DNA of 64,000 bases from positions 70,129-134,128 of the forward strand of contig JAQCIU010000005.1 in assembly GCA_027593235.1 (NCBI GenBank). The letters are read 5' to 3'. This document shows, piece after piece, positions 59,284-64,000 of the stretch (positions within the stretch are counted from its first letter, which is position 1; every line of letters starts with the position of its first letter). Under the pieces are notes generated by a model, which ran no database searches, was not told the origin of the DNA, and was given only the letters and a program-made list of their open reading frames with translations. The position numbers and the translations under genes are program-made. This DNA is from Chloroflexota bacterium (GTDB taxonomy: Bacteria; Chloroflexota; Dehalococcoidia; UBA2979).

Positions 59284-60580
59284 TCTGAACCACGACCGTT
59301 CTCGCGCGCTGATGGAGCGCGGCCGCACCCTCCTCCCCGGCGGTGTCGACTCACCGGTCCGCGCCTACAAGGCGGTCGGCGGCGATCCCATCGTCCTCGC
59401 CAGCGGTCAGGGCGCCCTCGTCACCGACGTCGATGGCAACGAATACATCGACTACGTCTGCTCCTACGGGCCGCTCATCCTCGGTCACGCCCACCCAGCG
59501 GTCGTCCAGGCAATCCGCGACGCGGCGCCGCTCGGCACCTCCTTCGGCGCACCGACCGAGGCCGAACTCGATCTCGCCGATCGCGTGATCGACGCCGTCC
59601 CCGCCGTCGACATGGTCCGCTTCGTGAACTCCGGCACCGAAGCCGCGATGAGCGCCCTCCGCCTTGCGCGCGGCGCCACCGGTCGTGACCTGATCCTGAA
59701 GTTCGACGGCTGCTACCACGGCCACGCCGACGGTCTGCTCGCGGCCGCGGGATCCGGCGTCGCCACCCTCGGCCTCCCCGACTCGCCCGGCGTCCCCGCC
59801 GCGATGGCCGCGCAGACGCTGGTCGCTCCGTACAACGATCTCGCCGCTGCGCGCACCGCCCTCGAGGCCCACCGTGACCAGGTCGCCGCGATCGTCGTCG
59901 AGCCGATCGCCGGCAACATGGGCGTCGTCCCGCCGGCCCCCGGTTACCTCGAGGGCCTGCGCTCCCTCTGCGACGAGTTCGGCGCGCTCCTCGTCTTCGA
60001 CGAAGTGATCACCGGCTTCCGCGCCTCGAAGGGTGGCGCGCAGCTCAAGTACGGCGTCACGCCTGACATCACTGTGCTCGGCAAAATCATCGGCGGCGGG
60101 CTGCCCGTCGGCGCCTACGGCGGCTCACGCGCGCTGATGGAACAGATGGCCCCGGCCGGCTCGATCTACCAGGCGGGCACACTTTCCGGGAACCCGCTGG
60201 CGATGGCCGCCGGTCGCGCCACCCTCGACACGCTCTTCGCCATCGAGGGCGCGTACGAGCGACTGGACATGCTCGGCAAACGACTCGCCACCGGCCTCGC
60301 GGGCGCCGCCTCCGCGGCCGGCGTGCCACTCACCGTCGTCCAGGCCGGCTCCACGCTGACCGCGTTCTTCCGCGATTGCGCACCCACGAACTACGCCGAG
60401 GCCGCCACCTCGGACACCGCGGCCTTCGGCCGCTTCCACCGCGCCATGTTGGACCGTGGCGTGCACCTCGCCCCGTCGCAGTACGAGGGCTGGTTCCTCT
60501 CGCTCGCCCATGACGAACCGGTGATCGATCGCACGATCGAAGCCGCCACCGCAGCATTCGAGGTCGTCGCCAGCGCCTGA
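59276..60580 (+). CDS. hemL: Glutamate-1-semialdehyde 2,1-aminomutase
   Basis: [29 protein letters not shown] and [10 protein letters not shown]. Confidence 0.97.
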   Translation: MANLNHDRSRALMERGRTLLPGGVDSPVRAYKAVGGDPIVLASGQGALVTDVDGNEYIDYVCSYGPLILGHAHPAVVQAIRDAAPLGTSFGAPTEAELDLADRVIDAVPAVDMVRFVNSGTEAAMSALRLARGATGRDLILKFDGCYHGHADGLLAAAGSGVATLGLPDSPGVPAAMAAQTLVAPYNDLAAARTALEAHRDQVAAIVVEPIAGNMGVVPPAPGYLEGLRSLCDEFGALLVFDEVITGFRASKGGAQLKYGVTPDITVLGKIIGGGLPVGAYGGSRALMEQMAPAGSIYQAGTLSGNPLAMAAGRATLDTLFAIEGAYERLDMLGKRLATGLAGAASAAGVPLTVVQAGSTLTAFFRDCAPTNYAEAATSDTAAFGRFHRAMLDRGVHLAPSQYEGWFLSLAHDEPVIDRTIEAATAAFEVVASA

Positions 60581-60657
60581 GTTATCCGTCCCGCGAGCGA
60601 ATGCCAGCAGTCCTGTCGCGGTGGCGCGTCCGGGCGTCTCGCCCGGCGCGGTGCGTT

Positions 60658-61215
60658 CTACATCCCCCGCCAGTTCACCGACGCCGGCTGACGCGCCGGC
60701 GGGCGCGGCTCGGCGCCGTCTGCTGGGTATCCGAGGTAGACGAACCCCACCACCCGGTCGTCGCGTTCGATCCCCAGGTACTCGAAGACGGCCGGCATCA
60801 TCGCCATCGCACCCGTGCTCCACTTGGAAGCCAGGCCCTCGCCGTGCGCCGCCAGCAGCAGGTTCTGCGTCGCGCAGCATGCCGCCGCGTAGTCCTCCAG
60901 ATCGCGCACCGGATCGGCAGGCGAGCCCGGCTGCGTCACCACGACGATCACCGGCGAGCGCACCAGCTTCTTCCGTGCCGAATCGACCTGCGCATCGCCG
61001 GCGCCCTCGTCGTTCCGCATCGCTGCAGCAACTCGATCGCCCAGCTCTTCGCGCGCGGCGCCCGCCAGCACGTGGAATCGCCACGGCTCCGTCTTGCGAT
61101 GGTTGGGCGCCCAGGTCGCCGCCTCGATGATCCGCTCCACCAGCTCGCGCGGCGGGGCGGCCTCGGCGAATCCCGAGGCAGTCCGGCGCATCGCCAGCGC
61201 GTCCAGTAGTTCCAT
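60658..61215 (-). CDS. Nitroreductase family protein
   Basis: WAPNHRKTEPWRF and QNLLLAA; RBS GGAGG. Confidence 0.88.
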   Translation of the reverse strand: MELLDALAMRRTASGFAEAAPPRELVERIIEAATWAPNHRKTEPWRFHVLAGAAREELGDRVAAAMRNDEGAGDAQVDSARKKLVRSPVIVVVTQPGSPADPVRDLEDYAAACCATQNLLLAAHGEGLASKWSTGAMAMMPAVFEYLGIERDDRVVGFVYLGYPADGAEPRPPARQPASVNWRGM

Positions 61216-61362
61216 TGCTCGTCCTCCGGCCTGCGCATTCGAATCCGCGATCAGAGTGTGCCCGTTCGCCACCGATGTCACGAACACAAGTGAAATTGCG
61301 TAAGGTGCGCCCTGGCAGGGAAGCCGCCACAGCAAACACACGCCACAAGCAGGAGGCGAGAT

Positions 61363-61590
61363 ATGGGACTGTTGGACTCAATCAAAAGCATGTTCGGGGG
61401 CGGATCCTCGAAGATGGCCGGAGCCGCCGATCCGGCCACCGCGATGGCCGGCGAAGCCACCGAGGCCGCCCGCGATATGGCCGAGGGCGCAGCGGACCAG
61501 GTCGGGGACGCGGTCGACGCCGTCACCGAGAAGGCGCGCGCGATGACCGGTGGCGACACGGACTCCGAGGACGACGCTGGCGGCGAGTAG
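61363..61590 (+). CDS. Small acidic hydrophilic protein
   Basis: MGLLDSIKSMFG, then Ala/Asp/Glu-rich sequence; strong RBS AGGAGG. Confidence 0.7.
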   Translation: MGLLDSIKSMFGGGSSKMAGAADPATAMAGEATEAARDMAEGAADQVGDAVDAVTEKARAMTGGDTDSEDDAGGE

Positions 61591-61636
61591 ACGCCAACAC
61601 GCGGTACAGTTCACCGACAATACGAAGGAGCATGCC

Positions 61637-62071
61637 GTGGGTTTCGTCCGACTCGATCACCTGGGCCTCGTCGCCTACACCATTGAAGAAGCGAAGGCGA
61701 TCCTGGGCGATCAGCTCGGGCTCACAGTCGATGAGAAACGGTCGAACTGGCCGAACGGCAGCTTCTTCGAACCGGAACAGACCTACAACTACTTCTTCAA
61801 GGTCGGTGATGGCGAGACCCAACTCGAGGTGCTGATCCCCAAGGAGGGCGCGCAGACCGGCACCGCGCGCTACCTCGCGAAGTTCGGCCCCGGCATGCAC
61901 CACATGTGCTTCGCCGCCGAAGACGTCGCCGAGGAAGCTGCACGCCTCGAGGCCGCCGGGATGCGCCGCGTTGAGCTGCCGCGCACGGCCGACGGACGCA
62001 CGACCGCGGCATTCTTCCACCCGACCAGCGTCAGCGGCGTGCTGACGGAGATCGTCCCGCTCCGCGACTAG
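61637..62071 (+). CDS. VOC family protein (methylmalonyl-CoA epimerase-like)
   Basis: LDHLG, GPGMHH, FFHP and GVLTE; GTG start after GAAGGAG. Confidence 0.82.
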   Translation: MGFVRLDHLGLVAYTIEEAKAILGDQLGLTVDEKRSNWPNGSFFEPEQTYNYFFKVGDGETQLEVLIPKEGAQTGTARYLAKFGPGMHHMCFAAEDVAEEAARLEAAGMRRVELPRTADGRTTAAFFHPTSVSGVLTEIVPLRD

Positions 62072-62113
62072 TTGCGCTGCACCACGCGGGTCAGTCGAGC
62101 TGGCCCGCCAACG

Positions 62114-62635
62114 TCATCGCGTCGCCCGCCACATCTCGAGGTAGCGTTCGAACGATCGCGTGGCGTTCGTGGCGTCGTCGTTCGCCAGCACGTCGATCAG
62201 CAGCCCTCGGGTAACCGCAACACCGAGACGCAGTTCGTCCTCACTGGCAGCCAGTCCGAGGCCGGCACTGACATCGAGCGACAGCGAGAGCCAGGGATCG
62301 GTCAGCCCTTCGCCACCAGTGAGCGCGACGCATTCGAAGAACAAGCGGACGAACGGGCGCAACTCCCGCGCGGAGGTGCGCTCCCAGAGCGCGCGCGCAA
62401 GTTCGATCGGATCGGCGATCTCCGCCGCAAGTTCGGCCAGCAGGTCACGCTGCGAGACCTCGACCGCCTCGACGATGGCTGCGACAAGGCCCGCGCGCGA
62501 ACCGAAGTGGTAGTTGAGCATGCGGTGGCTGGAGCCGACGGCCTCCGCCAGCTCGCGCAAACTTCGATCGGCAAGGCCGTTCACACCGACCTCGGCGATG
62601 ATCCGCTCGAGCAACAGCGACCGAGCTTCTTCCAT
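62114..62635 (-). CDS. TetR family transcriptional regulator
   Basis: SLRELAEAVGSSHRMLNYHFGS; start ATG 62635. Confidence 0.9.
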   Translation of the reverse strand: MEEARSLLLERIIAEVGVNGLADRSLRELAEAVGSSHRMLNYHFGSRAGLVAAIVEAVEVSQRDLLAELAAEIADPIELARALWERTSARELRPFVRLFFECVALTGGEGLTDPWLSLSLDVSAGLGLAASEDELRLGVAVTRGLLIDVLANDDATNATRSFERYLEMWRATR

Positions 62636-62656
62636 GTCACTCCCTCTCGACGTTAC

Positions 62657-62672
62657 TGTACCATTTGGTACA
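62657..62672. promoter_or_regulatory. Probable TetR operator palindrome
   Basis: TGTACCA-TT-TGGTACA between the divergent tetR and SRPBCC genes. Confidence 0.7.
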
Positions 62673-62736
62673 ATCACTGTGAATCGAGCACAGCGACTGA
62701 GCTGACACATCACTTCGATCAGAATCGAGGACCGAC

Positions 62737-63168
62737 ATGAGAATTGAACACAGCATCGATATCGCCGCCCCTATCGACCGGGTATGGGCGGTCACCATGG
62801 ACGTCGAGTCCTGGCCGGAACACACGCCGAGCATGACCAGCGTCGAGCGACTCGACGACGCGCCGCTCGCGATTGGCTCGACCGCTCGCATCAAGCAGCC
62901 CGCGCAACCGACCCGCATCTGGACCGTCACCGCCCTCGAGCCGAAGGCGCATTTCGCCTGGACCACGAAGGCGCTAGGCATGCGGATGACCGGCGGTCAC
63001 CAACTCGCCTCGATCGAGGGCGGAACGAGGAACACGCTGACCGTCGACATCGAGGGCGCACTCGCCCCGCTACTTGGGCTGGTGATGCGTGGTCCGATCC
63101 GAAAGGCCATCACCGCTGAGAACGAGGGCTTCAAGGCAGCAGCCGAGCGCCGCGTGGCGACCTCGTAG
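62737..63168 (+). CDS. SRPBCC/polyketide cyclase family protein
   Basis: IDIAAPIDRVW...DVESWPE; RBS GAGG. Confidence 0.85.
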   Translation: MRIEHSIDIAAPIDRVWAVTMDVESWPEHTPSMTSVERLDDAPLAIGSTARIKQPAQPTRIWTVTALEPKAHFAWTTKALGMRMTGGHQLASIEGGTRNTLTVDIEGALAPLLGLVMRGPIRKAITAENEGFKAAAERRVATS

Positions 63169-63171
63169 CCG

Positions 63172-63933
63172 TTAGCCGGCGAAGTCGCGCTCGTACAACC
63201 CCTCGAGGCGTCCCATCGCCTCGGCGCTGAGCGGCGGCAACGCCGCGGCCACAAGCGCCTCATCCACCTCGGCCGCACCGGCGGTGCCGACCAGCACGCC
63301 GGACAGCCCCGGCTGTGCGAGGGCAAAGCGAATCGCGCGCTGTACCGGTGTCCCCGGCTCCCCCTCGAACGCTGCGTCCACGAGGGCGGCGCGTTCGACG
63401 TCGCGATCCGGCTCGGAACCCGGCGACATCGCGCCGCCGCCGGCGCGCGCGGTGTGGCCGGCGACGGCGCCGGCGGCCAGCACGCGGATGTTCAGCGTGC
63501 CCATGCCCGCCTCCGTCGCGCGCAGCGCCAGTTCCCGGTAGTCCTCGGACGACCAGCCGGCAGGCATCGCGCGGGTGGCGCTGGGGTTCAGGATGTTGTG
63601 GTAGGTCTGCAGCGTGTCGAAGCGGCCGCTCGCGACCAGCTCGTGGAGCACGTCCACGTCGCCCAGCGCCGTGAAGCCGATGAACTGCGTGAACCCCGCC
63701 TCGCGCACACGATCGAGGGCGTCCGCAATCCCGCCGCGGCCGAGCACGTCCTCGATACCGACGCGACCGGCCTCGATGTTGCGCTCTCGCTCGATCGGGT
63801 TGTGGAGCTGGATGAGCTGCACGCCCGGGAAGCCGAGGCGCTTCATGCTCTCCTCGACCGAGTTGCGCACGGCGTAGTCGACGTCCTCGAGATCCTCGGG
63901 TCGGAGACGGACCTTCGTCGACAGGTGTGGCTG
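63172..63933 (-). pseudogene. Aldo/keto reductase, 3' part only; interrupted by an IS30-family element
   Basis: LSTKVRL...IQLHN. The frame runs into IS sequence at 63934 and an in-frame TGA at 63949-63951; the N-terminal DTAxxYG region is absent. Confidence 0.75.
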
Positions 63934-64000
63934 GGCGGATTCAAGCGGTCAGCGCAAGCAGCTCGGTGAGCTTCTCTGATGGTGTCATGGCGCCGAGCGT
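63934..64000 (-). mobile_element. Right end of an IS30-family insertion sequence (transposase C-terminus plus terminal IR)
   Basis: The minus strand 64000->63941 reads TLGAMTPSEKLTELLALTA*, followed by ATCCGCC. This resembles IS30-type TLGxxTPxE ends with the stop inside the IR. Confidence 0.72.

Noticed and set aside
63949-63951. In-frame TGA as selenocysteine or read-through in the AKR
   Set aside because: It lies within IS-derived sequence.
398-63969. Numerous long overlapping or antisense ORFs in the track (e.g. 398-1363, 1360-2796, 18345-19889, 56519-58174)
   Set aside because: These are GC-rich shadow frames of recognisable genes, Arg/Ala/Pro-rich and without motifs.

Overview
This is a gene-dense, high-GC bacterial chromosomal window with about 55 CDS. 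The gene repertoire and a candidate GAAC-N4-GTTC-type SOS box suggest Chloroflexota, possibly Dehalococcoidia-like; this is an inference. The main blocks are: (i) an archaeal-style nurA-herA-sbcD(mre11)-sbcC(rad50) double-strand-break repair operon with a candidate LexA box; (ii) a molybdenum cluster with a MOSC protein, a sulfite-oxidase-family enzyme and a compact three-subunit NAD-dependent formate dehydrogenase; (iii) a coiled-coil protein with 87-bp tandem repeats and a frameshifted tail, followed by a histidine kinase and recF; (iv) an AAA+/VWA pair and lemA with a DUF2207 gene whose domain is duplicated; (v) a nine-gene tetrapyrrole operon (aldo-keto reductase, ChdC-like, fused AhbAB-like, SirC-like, hemA, hemC, cobA-hemD, hemB, hemL) with no radical-SAM ahbC/ahbD gene. 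The operon is preceded by an unannotated ~270-nt region with five nested helices, a possible pseudoknot and an alternative pairing. This leader plus the operon is the best candidate for an undescribed system. At the right edge, the end of an IS30-family element interrupts an aldo-keto reductase gene. No rRNA, tRNA or CRISPR array was seen. All calls come from reading motifs by eye; no database searches were run.
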